Numbered from the stretch's first letter, positions 37,601 to 50,110 are shown. The stretch: 64,000 nucleotides of DNA from Dendrobates tinctorius (GCF_039654945.1 NW_027361688.1:16368001-16432000), one strand, 5' to 3'. Notes: generated from the letters alone by a model not told the origin. Translations and numbers: made by a program.

Positions 37601-40600
37601 TTCTGCGGTTTTAAATCCGCAGCATGTCAATTCTTTGTGTGGATTCCGCAGCGGTTTGACACCTCTTCCATTGTCCAGGTCTCAAACCGCAGGGGAAAAC
37701 CGCTGGTAAATCCGCAGTGGAATCCACACTGTGTGTACTCACCCTTAATGACACACTATTGCAAAAAATGCTTTTTAGCCCCCCCCCCCTAAAAGAAACA
37801 CCTGCATCCAATTAAACAAGAAGCTTCAGCTAAACCCGTCCACCCGCCTTCTCTTTTATGCAGTCGGGGACTCTGAGAGCGACGTGAGTTTTAGCGACGA
37901 AGAGGAAGAATTTGAAGTTAAAAAGTCTAAGAAAGCGTCAACCACAAAAGTCACTAAGCAAAAGGCAAACAGCGGAAAAAAGGAGAAGACTGTGACAAAG
38001 GCACCGAAAGCGGGTGAGGAGCGGAGAGCGCCCCGGTCTGCATCATGGGAGCCGTCAGAGCTATACAACAGTATAGTAACAGTCTAAGGGTCCGGCGGGG
38101 AGGGCTGCACTCTGCCTGGCATCCGACTGAATTGGACATAATAGGAAGCGCCCTGAGTCTGTCGCTCTCAGCCCTCAATTTGCTGAAAGGAACTGACAAG
38201 GTTTCGCTCCTCAGTCATTCACTCACTTGTCCTTATTTGATTCTAAGGCAGTCACAGTTTGTATACCATACAAAATGAGTATTTTGGTAAATGCGTGTGT
38301 GTATTCTAGTATGTAGTCTCAATGTCACCACAGGCAGGATTATAACACCTCTATATACAGTAGATAACACAGGATCCACCATTCACAATAGGTGATGTCA
38401 CAGCTCACCTCCTCCCCCTCCTGTACCATGCCTGATAACACAGGATCCATCATTCGCAATAGGTGATGTCACAGCTCACCTCCTCCTGTACAATGACTGA
38501 TAACACCTCTATACACATTAGATTATTCATGATCCACCGTTCCCCATACCATAAGTGATGTCACAGCTCACCTCCTCTGTATAGATGAACACCTTGCCCA
38601 TAGAGCACAGACCTCTCCTAAAGGGGAATATAGCCAGTTCGGCTGCCGGTAATCAGTAATATGGCTCCTATAAACTCTGCTTTTCCTGTTGCAGATGACA
38701 ATCTTGAATTATTTTACCTTTTATGCCACAGTGACTGTGAAAATAAAACCGATGCCAGCAGAGAAGCCCCCCGCCAGTGCACCTGCTACTTTTAAGTCGG
38801 CGTTACCCTGTAGTCCTCCGGTGGGCGTGAAGAGACCGGCATGGACGCCTCCAGGTAAGCTCCGACAGCCATGCCAGGTATGTCCAGTGGCTCCACCATC
38901 GCAGATCCTCCTTCCATCTCTGCTTTCACCATCTTGATAATAAGCATTCGGCGGCAGAAGACTCCTGATCACGTCCTGTTTTCCATTTTTCGTTTTTTTC
39001 CTCGCAGAGCCATAACTTTTTTATTTTTCCTCCAATATTGGCCATGTGAGGGCTTGTTTTTTGCGGGTCCAACATGTAGTTTTGAACGACACCATTGATT
39101 TTACCATATCGTGTACCAGAAAACTGTTTAATAGTCCCCTTAGCGGACTTGAAGCTGCGATCATCCGATCGCCTGTGCTATACATACACTGCATCAGCCC
39201 TACTATGTATAGCAGAAATCACGATCTTCTATGAACGCCGGCCACAAGCCAGCGTTCATAGGAAGATCGTGATGGCCGGCACGGGAGTCTTCAGCAGACC
39301 CTCTGCTGTCATGGCAGCCCATCAGCGCCTGCAGTCACTTGATGGGTGGGATGAATGACGCATTTCCTGTCTGCGTGTGCTAAATGCTGCACTCACCATA
39401 TATTTTACATGCTCTTTGTTTCCTGGCACATTCAACTTTGATGTGGTCTGTAGTCCTAAATTAGCAGAGAAGAGCTGAGAAAAAGACAGATAAAAGAGTT
39501 ACAGCCTCTAGTCACAGTGTAAGAATGAGCTCACTGCTGGATCCTCAGTTAGCTCATTCTGCAGCCAGCAACATAGAGATTATGGAAGGCAAACAGTGCA
39601 ACATTTTTTTAATGAAACCCAATTACAAAAATGATTTTTAGCACCAATAAAAACACAGTGGGGCAAAAAAGTATTTAGTCAGTCAGCAATAGTGCAAGTT
39701 CCACCACTTAAAAAGATGAGAGGCGTCTGTAATTTACATCATAGGTAGACCTCAACTATGGGAGACAAACTGAGAAAAAAAAATCCAGAAAATCACATTG
39801 TCTGTTTTTTTTTCATTTTATTTGCATATTATGGTGGAAAATAAGTATTTGGTCAGAAGCAAAATTTCATCTCAATACTTTGTGATATATCCTTTGTTGG
39901 CAATGACAGAGGTCAAACGTTTTCTGTAAGTCTTCACAAGGTTGCCACACACTGTCGTTGGTATGTTGGCCCATTCCTCCATGCAGATCTCCTCTAGAGC
40001 AGTGATGTTTTTGGCTTTTCGCTTGGCAACACGGACTTTCAACTCCCTCCAAAGGTTTTCTATAGGGTTGAGATCTGGAGACTGGCTAGGACACTCCAGG
40101 ACCTTGAAATGCTTCTTACGAAGCCACTCCTTCGTTGCCCTGGCGGTGTGCTTTGGATCATTGTCATGTTGAAAGACCCAGCCACGTTTCATCTTCAATG
40201 CCCTTGCTGATGGAAGGAGGTTTTCACTCAAAATCTCACGATACATGGCCCCATTCATTCTTTCATGTACCCGGATCAGTCGTCCTGGCCCCTTTGCAGA
40301 GAAACAGCCCCAAAGCATGATGTTTCCACCACCATGCTTTACAGTAGGTATGGTGTTTGATGGATGCAACTCAGTATTCTTTTTCCTCCAAACACGACAA
40401 GTTGTGTTTCTACCAAACAGTTCCAGTTTGGTTTCATCAGACCATATGACATTCTCCCAAAACTCCTCTGGATCATCCAAATGCTCTCTAGCAAACTTCA
40501 GACGGGCCCGGACATGTACAGGCTTAAGCAGTGGGACACGTCTGGCACTGCAGGATCTGAGTCCATGGTGGCGTAGTGTGTTACTTATGGTAGGCCTTGT

Positions 40601-41441
40601 TACATTGGTCCCAGCTCTCTGCAGTTCATTCACTAGGTCCCCCCCGCGTGGTTCTGGGATTTTTGCTCACCGTTCTTGTGATCATTCTGACCCCACGGGG
40701 TGGGATTTTGCGTGGAGCACCAGATCGAGGGAGATTATCAGTGGTCTTGTATGTCTTCCATTTTCTAATTATTGCTCCCACAGTTGATTTCTTCACTCCA
40801 AGCTGGTTGGCTATTGCAGATTCAGTCTTCCCAGCCTGGTGCAGGGCTACAATTTTGTTTCTGGTGTCCTTTGACAGCTCTTTGGTCTTCACCATAGTGG
40901 AGTTTGGAGTCAGACTGTTTGAGGGTGTGCACAGGTGTCTTTTTATACTGATAACAAGTTTAAACAGGTGTCATTACTACAGGTAATGAGTGGAGGAAAG
41001 AGGAGACTCTTAAAGAAGTAGTTACAGGTCTGTGAGAGCCAGAAATCTTGATTGCTTGTTTCTGACCAAATACTTATTTTCCACCATAATATGCAAATAA
41101 AATGAAATAAAAAACAGACAATGTGATTTTCTGGATTTTTTTTTCTCAGTTTGTCTCCCATAGTTGAGGTCTACCTATGATGTAAATTACAGACACCTCT
41201 CATCTTTTTAAGTGGTGGAACTTGCACTATTGCTGACTGACTAAATACTTTTTTGCCCCACTGTATGTAAAAAAAAAATTGTGGATATCCTTTAAACTTG
41301 TTTCTCTCCGCAGCTTCCTCTGGAGCAGCGCGGAGTCCGCTGGCTGGGGTAACCGTGAAGTCTCCTAATCAGGGTCTGCGTCTCGGCCTGTCAAGACTGG
41401 CGAGGGTGAAACCATTACATCCAACGACTGTCCTGCACTGA
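31639..41441 (+). CDS. RAD51AP1: RAD51AP1 (RAD51-associated protein 1), 317 aa
   Basis: Exons: 31639-31655 (MDRPAR), 32953-33002 ([10 protein letters not shown]), 33759-33888, 34885-34994 ([17 protein letters not shown]), 35452-35541 (SNCSV), 35733-35888 (LDEIT..RQAACKA..QRKLL), 37864-38013, 38732-38854 (KRPAWTPP), 41314-41441 ([23 protein letters not shown], the RAD51-binding motif). Introns are GT-AG with consistent phase; total 954 nt. Confidence 0.95.
31863..32710. repeat. 31-bp CpG-rich minisatellite (~27 copies) in RAD51AP1 intron 1, most units with a CCAAT box
   Basis: Unit gcggtcagtgattggcagccgcgtacgccct; the reverse strand reads gccaatcac. Confidence 0.96.
34135..34755. mobile_element. 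Older palindromic MITE
   Basis: cacttctccaatatacttcaatta / taattgaagtatattggagaagtg and gaaacaaagcgtcatcagtgac / gtcactgatgatgctttgtttc inverted pairs. Confidence 0.65.
36275..37112. repeat. 31-bp minisatellite interrupted by a hAT MITE
   Basis: Unit ctgatccttggggtgcgggatctggtggcga. Confidence 0.92.
36870..37031. mobile_element. 162-bp palindromic hAT-type MITE
   Basis: CAGGGTTCCCCAA..TTGGGGAACCCTG termini, ~58-bp inverted arms, 8-bp TSD tggtaatg / cggtaatg. Confidence 0.85.
37461..37744. mobile_element. PIF/Harbinger-type MITE related to 16733-17060
   Basis: TTA flanks, gggtatgtgcacacg..gtgtgtactcaccc, tgcggat-rich interior. Confidence 0.72.
38340..38582. repeat. ~3 inverted copies of the 83-89 bp repeat seen at 2345-3240
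   Basis: ggatccaccattcacaataggtgatgtcacagctcacctcctc. Confidence 0.85.
39656..41263 (-). mobile_element. Second full-length Tc1 copy, 1608 bp, in the last RAD51AP1 intron
   Basis: Same TIRs and near-identical sequence to 18592-20201. Left flank CA, right flank TA. Confidence 0.97.
39872..40895 (-). pseudogene. Tc1 transposase with a single +1 frameshift
   Basis: The ORF is split into 40626-40895 and 39872-40633. The C run at 40639-40645 has 7 C versus 6 in copy 1. Confidence 0.88.
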
Positions 41442-42632
41442 ACGCGAGACCCGATGTATAGACTGAGCGCCGTACCCAGCGCCGATGCCGTCACACAGCG
41501 CAGACGTGTGCGCAGGGCGAGGACTCGTACGTCTCTGACTGCCTCCGACTGACGGACTCCTTTACTATAGGAACAATCCCCCTGCTGACCGTGACCCCAA
41601 TATTCAGGGCAGGTTTCCTGATATATCCGGACATTTGGATCATCGGTCTATAAACGTCGGCCATTTCTTGCTTTATATTTAGAGACGATATTTTAGGAAC
41701 CAAATCCTGGACCTAGGGGGGATTCAGACACGTCGCGCCCCTCATGTTACACATCAGATGTATAAGGGGGAACAAGGACGATCCTATGTGATCACATTTT
41801 AGCTGCCATTTCAAGCCTAACTACAGGTTAACGAAACCCATTTGCAAAAATTTACTTTTTTAGTCCAGAATACATTAATTTACTCCCTGGAAGGTGGATG
41901 TTCCAATAGATGTACAGATTCATATAAGCCCATGATGCAGCCATGGAATGGACGCTAAGCTGTAGTCACCTGATTTATCCCCGAGGGGGAGTCCACAAGG
42001 GGTGGCCAGAAAACTCCGCCGGCATTTCGGCAGCATATAGCCGGCCGCCCCATTCCGTCTCACCCTTAGAGGACGTGGGAGGCTGCACGTTGAGGAGTTC
42101 TTAGCTCCTCAGAATTTACAAATCTGGGCTGCAATGTTCGGACCGGTTGTGGGGCTCCTCGCTGGCCACGGGGGGATTGTCTCTGGTCATGGGGCTCCTT
42201 GCTGGCCGTGGGGGATTCTCACAGGCCGAGGGGCTCCTCAATGGCTGCAGGGGAGTCTCAGAGGCCGAGGGGCTCCTCCCTGGCTGCAGGGCTACCCCAC
42301 AGGCTGTGGGGTTCCTCACTGGTCGCGAGGCTCCTCCCTAGTCTCGGGCCTACTCACAGGCCATGGGCCTCCTCACCTGAACTCTGCATCCTCATAGACT
42401 GATACCAGGCTGGTGAGTTATGAGACCCCCGGCCGGTCCGGACCATTATACCCTCATGAATAAAACCCGGCTTTGAAGCCACAGTGTCGTCTCCTCCTGT
42501 TCCCCGTTTTCTTTGTGCTCCTTGCCCCCATCTCTTCTCTCTTTTATTGTCTATAAATGTCTGTTTTTGGCCCAGATCTCTGCTGTGACCCAGAAAGGAG
42601 AATCCCACTGTAATATAATCTGTCCATAAAGG

Positions 42633-42638
42633 AATAAA
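42633..42638 (+). terminator. Candidate RAD51AP1 poly(A) signal AATAAA (alternative at ~42459)
   Basis: AATAAA followed by a T/GT-rich downstream tract (tttgcctctttgccttttt). Confidence 0.45.
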
Positions 42639-44264
42639 AGTAAAGATTTTAGCGTTTGCCTCTTTGCCTTTTTTATTAATGTGCAGCGCTACAGACTAGG
42701 TTTGCGCTAGCTAAGCAGTGGGTTGAGAATCACCAGTGCGCCCCCTGCTGGTGAGGCAGTAAATCCTAGCTAAGGTCATGTTGCAGGAGGGAAAGACCAT
42801 CGGCACATGTAGTATTACCCCCACATGGCAGCCAGGTGCCCCATATATCACGGATTCATACACCCCCCCCCCCACCTCCATCAGTGGCCTTGTTTCAGTG
42901 CGTCATTCCACAACTTTATATTTACCCCTTCGCAACCGAGGACGTACATGTAAGTCATGGTGAAAATCACCCCCCTTTTGCCCCATTAAAAATTAAACAA
43001 AAAAAATGCTCCTATTTGGTATCGCCGCGTTCAGAATCGTCCGATCTCTCAATATATAAAGTAAATTAATCCGATCAGTAAACGAAAAAAAACAACACGC
43101 AAAAATTACGTTTTTCTCTAATCCACGACAGGACACAGGAGGTTGCCTCCCCATCCTAATTAGGGACAGGAAAGAATAGGTTAAATAGCCCTCCCCTTTC
43201 CCCTAATCCCCAGTGTTTTCCTGTCCCTAATTGGGATGAAGAGGTTCTGTGTGCTCCGCGGATGGGCCGGCGAAATCCCGGGATTTACCTTGAGCCGGGC
43301 AGCCGGGTCGATCGTCCTGGACCTTCCTCCCCGGGCGCTGCTCCTACCGCTGGCGAGACCCGCACCATCCTCGGGTCTCGCCAGCTTCGGCAATGCTGGA
43401 TGGTGAGAGTTGGGCTGGGGGCCTCCCGTAGCTCCCCAGCCCAAGAATCGATCCCCTCTCGCGCCGCAGGTGATCGTACAGCTGGATGGCATGCACAGGA
43501 AGTGACGTACACCGCCAGGTCAGAAGGCGCGATGTCACTTCTGCCTTGCGTTCCACGGTGGAACGCACCGCCATCTTGGCAGGAAATTTAAAAAAAAAAA
43601 AAAAAGCTTCAGGAATGGCGCCATGAAGCTTCTTACTGAGGGGGCATAATCTCTTCCGATTGAAGAGGGAAAGAAACGCTGGATCTCGGTTCCTATATAA
43701 GGACCCTGATGGAAGACTCCATAAGGTAGGACCAAGGTCTGCATGATGGATGCGTCTTCCTTGAGAGCTGCTTCTGCAGAGCCCAGCGCAGACCCTGGCC
43801 CAGTGAGTACACTTGGAGACGGGTATATCGTCTTTGGTTCAGGACCCATTCTTATGGGATCCCCCATTCTTCTCCCTTTCAGGGAGACAAGGATCCTGCA
43901 CCAAAAACAAAGGAAAAGTTACAAGCCGCAGATGCGCCATCTGTATTAAAAAAAAAAAAAACTCCCCTCCAATTCCAAAAAACCCTGTGCCAGTGGTGCA
44001 CAGAAAAAAATGTCCGGGAGGAGCAACCATCCCTGATGGATGAAGTAAGAGGGATGGTGCGACAGGAGATTCAGTCGTCCCTGGCTACCTTCTCCCAGTC
44101 ATTCACAGGAGGGCCCTCAGCCTCAAAGAAGAGGAAATATGGCCCTGAGGACATCTCAGACTCAGAACCCGAATCATCGGTTTCTGGGGATTGGAGGGAA
44201 GAGGGTGAACTAACCCCAAACCAGAAAGAGGACGATAGGAAATGTTTTTTTTTCCTCAGAAGAC

Positions 44265-44927
44265 ATGGAAGAGCTACTATCGGCAGTCAGGAACACAATG
44301 GGAGTTGAGGAAGAGAGGCCATCCTGCTCAGTCCAGGATGATCTATTTGGCGGCCTGAAATCTAGGAAGAAAATGGTTTTCCCTATCCATGATAATGTCC
44401 GGAATCTAATCCTGGAGGAATGGGAGTTCCCGGAAAGGAAGTTGAGTATCCCAGGCGAGATGAAAGATCGGTTTCCGCTGGATGAAGAGACCGCAAAGTG
44501 TTGGACTGAGGTCCCTAAAGTAGATATCCGGGTGGCCAAAAAAAAAACTACACTACCTTTTGAAGATTCCTCTCAACTCAAGGACCCTCTTGACCGCAAA
44601 ATGGATAGTTTACTGAGGAAGTCCTGGGAAGCTTCAGCGGCCTCCTTAAAAATAAATGTTGCATCCGCCTGCGTAACACGAACCCTGTACCTCTGGCTTC
44701 AGCAGTTAGAGGACCGTATCAGAAGTGGAACTCCGAGAGAAGATCTTCTATCCTCTTTACCACTTCTTCAGAAGGCAGCAGACTTTTTGGCGGACTCCTC
44801 GGCGGAGTTGGTCCACATAGCGGCAAGAACATCAGCACTCTCCAACACTACCCGAAGGGCTCTGTGGCTGAAAATGTGGAGCGGGGATACTCTATCAAAA
44901 TCCAAATCATGGTCTATTCCATTCTAA
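44265..44927 (+). pseudogene. DIRS ORF1 (gag-like) fragment
   Basis: VPKVD, LKDPLDRKMDSLLRKSW and RRALWLKMW motifs typical of vertebrate DIRS ORF1; frameshifted on both sides. Confidence 0.75.
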
Positions 44928-45504
44928 GGCGAATACGTATGTGGCCCGGCACTGGACGAATTACTAGAGAAGGTGGCCAACAAGAAGAAAAATTTCCCGA
45001 ACCAAAACCGCCCAAGAAGAAGCCCTTTCACCCATCCCAGGCTCAGACCACTCAATACAGGGGAAAAGGGAAAACGGGGCGATGGAGTTACCCAAAAGGG
45101 GGAAAAGGCAGAACTATTCTTCACAGCTCTCGTTCAGACAGAGACAGGAAATGACACCAGGCAGGTAGGGGGCAGGATTGCAAACTACTTCCCAAGCTGG
45201 CAGGAGATAACTTCGGATCGGAGAATCCTAGACTCAGCCACATGGGGAGTAAAAATAGAATTTTCCTCCTCCCCCCCTCTCAAAGTCTGGAAGTAACACG
45301 TCTCCCTTCAGCAAAGCTTCAAAAAATTCTGCATTCAGAACTCCAACAGATGCCATCATCGGCAGTAATCTCACCAGTTCCAGAACCGGAGCAGAGTGAG
45401 GGCCATTACTCTCGGCTGTTCCTAGTAAAAAAGCCAAGTGGGAAATACCGGGTCATCATCAACCTAAAGAAGCTAACCAGCATATCCGGTACCAATGCTT
45501 CAAG

Positions 45505-46020
45505 ATGGAGTCAATAAAGACCACAATACCATTGATCGGGAAAAATTTTGCCATGGCCACTATAGATCTCCAAGAGGCCTGTTACCATGTACCCATCCAT
45601 CCGTCCTATCAGCGGTATCTGAGGATCGCAGTCGCTCTAGACGAAGAAGTGCACCACTTCCAGTTCAAGGTTCTGCCCTTTGGAATATCATCAGCACCCC
45701 AAACATTTACAAAAATAATGGCAGAAGTGGTAGCATTCTTCAGGAAACAGGACATAGGTGTCGTTCCTTACCTGGACGACCTTCTGGTCATGGCTCCCTC
45801 CAACACCATTCTAAGAGAGCACCTTCGATCAGTTCTGCAGACCCTGGCATCCTTAGGCTGGATGGTAAATTGGGAAAAATCAGTCCTGAATCCCTCAACC
45901 AGGAAGGTCTTTCTAGGGATCCTCCTAGATTCCCAGAGCCAGATATTGTTTCTTCCGCCCACCGGGCAGGTAGGCGTAAGATCAAAAGTTTGGATGCTAA
46001 AAAAAATCATAAAAGGGTGA
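45505..46020 (+). pseudogene. DIRS reverse transcriptase fragment
   Basis: IDLQEACYHVPIHP, QFKVLPFGISSAPQTFTK, PYLDDLLV, GWMVNWEKS, FLGILLDS. Confidence 0.92.
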
Positions 46021-46981
46021 CTATAAGATCGCCATGTCAACGATAGGGTCAATGACGTATTACATCCAGGCGGTCCCCTGTGCCCAGGCTCACTCAAGAA
46101 TACTTCAAAAGTTTATTCTATCCCGCTGGAACAGAGACCCTCAATATGAGAATCTCTCAACCTCAACATGTAAAGCTGTCCCTCAACTGATGGCTCAACC
46201 AGGGAAACCTAGCAAAAGGGACGCCCTGGATACAATATCCTATGACGTCAATTACAACAGATGCCAGCAAGTGCGGTTGGGGAGCAGTATCATCTCAAGG
46301 AGTCTATCAGGGACTCTGACCCAAAAACATGGAGAATCAGTCTTCCAATTACAGAGAATTGAGAGCAGTAGAAGAAGTCCTAAGGGCGGCGGAGCCATTA
46401 ATCCAGGGAACCCATGTCTGAGTTTACTCCAAAAACATGACCACCGTAGCCCATCTATGTCATCGGGGCAGCACAAAATACAACAGAAAATGCAACAGAT
46501 CTCGGCAAGAATATTTGATTGGGCAGAAGGTCATCTCCAGTCCCTATCGGCTCTCCACCTGAAGGGATCTGACAACTTTGAGGAAGACTTCCTGAGCAGG
46601 ACAGACAGACCCGGGAGAATGGAATCTGGGTCAGAACTATCCAGATTGCCCCTCTCTGGCCAATAAGGAGCTGGTTCGGAGCCCTAAGGCTAATGAACTC
46701 AGAGGGTCCTCTGATCCTACCTCTGGACTACGACCTACTACATCAAGGTCCCATCTTCCACCCGGCCCTCCGCAGCTTAAGCTTGGCAGCCTGCCTTCTG
46801 AAACCACAATCATAAAAGCCAGTAGGCCTCTCAGATGCGGTGATATCCACCTTACAAAGGAGTAGGAAGCCGATCACAAGCCCTATATATTCCAAAGTAT
46901 GGAAAACCTTCTCGGCATGGTATGGATCCACTCCCATTGATCCCTTCCACCCAGATTGGGCAAGGATCTTAGACTTCCTAC

Positions 46982-47495
46982 CAGGGCTGTGGAGTCGGTA
47001 AGCCAAACCTGCGACTCCGACTCCTCAATTTCCCTTACACCGACTCCAACTCCGACTCCCACATATATTGCTTATATTTAAGTGAAAAATGTATTGTAGT
47101 ACAATGTGAACATCAGACATTTAATCATTTTTATGATACAATAATCAAGATATTTAGATAGAACATAATATCTATTTATCTATTTGGAATCTATTGACAG
47201 ATTTGCAGTGCAGTGTTTCTTTATTCAACCATTAAAGGTCACATAATAAAGGACGGGCAGATAACATGAGGCATGTGGGGAAAAAAGACGGACGACAGCC
47301 TGGACCTGTTGAAGCGTCTGTGTACGCGAAATGGCTGTGGTCCGTCTTTTTCCCTGCATGCCTCATGTTATCTGCCCGTCCTTTATTGTGTGACCTTTAA
47401 TGGTTGAATAAAGAAACATTGCACTGCAAATCTGGGTGCGTGCCGCATCTTTTTCCTTCTGTTACAAATATATATATATTATACAGTATATATAC

Positions 47496-47567
<72 letters not shown>

Positions 47568-48343
47568 GACTTATCTCGGCTAAGATAAAGCCTAGATCCT
47601 CAGGCTACAGTCACACTATGAGCGTAGCCAGGATCAAACCTGGGGGGGGGGGGCAGAACTTCATACTATTCTGCAGAATTTCATACTGCACACCTCAGCT
47701 GCTGCAGAACCTCATACTGCACACCCCTACACTTGAAATAAAAAGCCTGCACCTTAACATGTGAATGTAGTCTATTTATTCCAACTATCAATTGATGTTG
47801 ATGTGTTACTGAAGACGAGCAATGCCTGACCTGGGCGTCCTTTTGGGCAGCTATGAGGTGTACCTGACTGGTGCTAAAAAAAGGAGTGTTAGTCTGTGTG
47901 CTACCCGGCTTTCATTCTTTTTGGTACAGATACGATATGGATAGACAGATATGGATAAATGGATAGATAGAGCAGATTTCTAATCTGCTTTTGCTATTGA
48001 AAACATTATCTATGAGCTCAAAAACCTTTCAGGTGATGCGGTTTTTGAAAAAGCTGATCTGCTTTTGCAACTGAAAAACGTATCCTCAAAAAACGCAGGA
48101 AAAACGCTGTGTGTGAATGTAGCCTTAGATCAGGAATAGAACAGTCATTTATAGGACATTTCATAACTTTCCCAAATTCCTATGAAAAAATATTCAGCAC
48201 ATTCTGCATTGAACTACTGTACCCAATTTATGATATATTTTAGGAGTCGGAGTCGGTCTATTTTATACTGACTCCAACTCCGACTCCGACTCCACCAAAA
48301 TGAGCACCGACTCCACGACTCCGACTCCGACTCCACAGCCCTG
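46982..48343. mobile_element. Non-autonomous hAT element inserted into the DIRS recombinase ORF
   Basis: TIR CAGGGCTGTGGAGTCGG / CCGACTCCACAGCCCTG, perfect 8-bp TSD CTTCCTAC (46974-46981, 48344-48351), subterminal ccgact repeats. Confidence 0.93.
47302..47343 (+). ncRNA. Degenerate minimal type I hammerhead ribozyme (Penelope-like) at the centre of a ~235-bp palindrome
   Basis: GGAC-CTGTTGA-A-GCGT-ctgtgt-ACGC-GAAAT-GGCT-GTG-GTCC fits stem I / CUGANGA / stem II / GAAA / short stem III / stem I with three core mismatches. The mirrored arm preserves GTC at the cleavage triplet. Confidence 0.45.
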
Positions 48344-50110
48344 CTTCCTACAGGAGGACGGCTTATCCAAGGGACTAAGACCAAGTACCTTGAAAGTCCA
48401 GGTATCAGCCCGGAGTTCCTACTTCGACCAGAATCTAGCAAGACCATCGATGGATAAGGAGATTCATGTTAGCCGCCTCCAGAATCTGTCCAAACAAATC
48501 CAGTATGGTCCCAGCTTGGGACTTGAATGTAGTACTAAAGGGTCTAACGATCCCTCCATTTGAACCTATCGACCAGATCAGATAGATAAACTATCCTGGA
48601 AAACAGCGCTTCTCGTAGCCATTACAACGGCAAGATGGATGGGCGAGAGTCAGGCTCTATCCATCAGAGAGCCTTATCTAAGAATTCTGGAATTACACTT
48701 ACCGGTAATTGAGTTTCTAAGACCTTCCACGGGCAATTTCCCACCGTAACGATGATGTTCATACTTGATTCGTGTAAATAAATAATAAATCAAGCATTCA
48801 CTCCATGTGGTCCTTGGAAAACACTGGGGATTAGGGGAGGGCTATTTAACCTCTTGTTTCCTGTCCCTAACCTCCTGTGTGCTGTCGTCAAAGGTCTTAG
48901 AAACCCAGTTACCGGTAAGTGTAATTCTGTTTTTTAGGTCACTGCAACATTGTAATAAAATGCAATAACAGGCGATCAAAAGATTGTATCTGCACCAAAA
49001 TGGTATCGATAAAACAGTCAGCTCAGCGCACAAAAAATAAGCCCTCAACCAATCCCAGGTCACGAAAAAGGGAGACGATACAGGTCTCGGAAAAGGACGA
49101 CAAAATCAAAAAATGTTTAAAAATCTAAATAAAATCACTTAAATAAAAAAAAAAAACGTCAAACCTAAACATGTTTGGTATCTAGGAACTCGCACTGACC
49201 TGGGGAAACACAATACCAGGTCCATTTTACCATGTAATGAGCGTATGGTGAACATCGTGGAATTGCACTTTATTTATTTTTTTTTGCAATTTCACTGCAC
49301 TTAAAAAATGTTTCCAGCACATTATACAGGAAAATCAATGCTGATTGTTAAAAAAAAATACAACTCGTCCCGCATACAACAAGCCCTCACACGGCCATAT
49401 GGACGGAAAAATAATAAAAAAAAAGTTATGGCTCTGGGAAGAAGGGGAACGAAAAAAAAACCGAAAATGGAAAATTGCCTGGAGTTTAAGGGGTTAAATG
49501 CAATGAAGGTGCAAAGTCTACCCTTTATTATGAAAAAAAAAATATGACACCCTTCTTGGATTAGTTTTTTTTTTTTTATAATAAATATTTATCACAGCAT
49601 TGACATAGATTTTTTGCAGCCTGAAAGTCAGCTCTGGGTTCCAAAAATCTGCTGCCTGTAATAACTGATGCGAACACTAGATGGTGACCAAGAGCTGATC
49701 TACTGATGATGCGTTCCAGTCCACCGGCCTTGTTTGGTCTCACTGGCCACCCGTAGTCTGCTCAGGTTCATCCGGAAACAATGAAACATGGCTCCTGTCA
49801 GCTGTTCCTGGGAAGATGCTGCGGATGTGAAATAGCCGCGGACCGGGAGGAGACGGCGCCGTATTGTAAACACTGAGGAAAGCCGGAGTCTGTGAAGCAG
49901 GTACTGGGTGTAGTAAGTGAGGGCGGACGCCAGCTGGCGCTGTAATGCTGCGGGGGATTCGTGTTAGTGACGCAAACCAGGAACTGTCAATCAAAAATGG
50001 CGATTTACCAATGGTGGACGCTGTCCACAGCCAGAGGGCAGTACTGAGCCGCTTATACAGCCCTGCTGACAGTGCTGAGCAACTCCCTGCAGGTGGCGGC
50101 CATGAGCTGC

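Larger units (their letters stand above)
43111..48935 (+). mobile_element. Degenerate DIRS1-type tyrosine-recombinase retrotransposon
   Basis: Inverted terminal repeats (ggttaaatagccctcccc..taatccccagtgttttcc / ggaaaacactggggattaggggagggctatttaacc). Internal complementary region 48690-48735 mirrors the right end. Gag-like ORF 44036-44927, RT with YLDD, RNase H (TTDASKCGWGA ~46254), YR N-terminal part (RPSTLKVQVSA, WDLNVVL, PPFEP, WKTALLVAITTAR). Multiple frameshifts and deletions. Confidence 0.92.
42925..49493. mobile_element. Non-autonomous piggyBac-like element hosting the DIRS insertion
   Basis: ttta|CCCCTT ... AAGGGG|TTAA termini. The halves 42925-43110 and 48936-49493 read as one AT-rich element related to 1-287. 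Confidence 0.6.
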
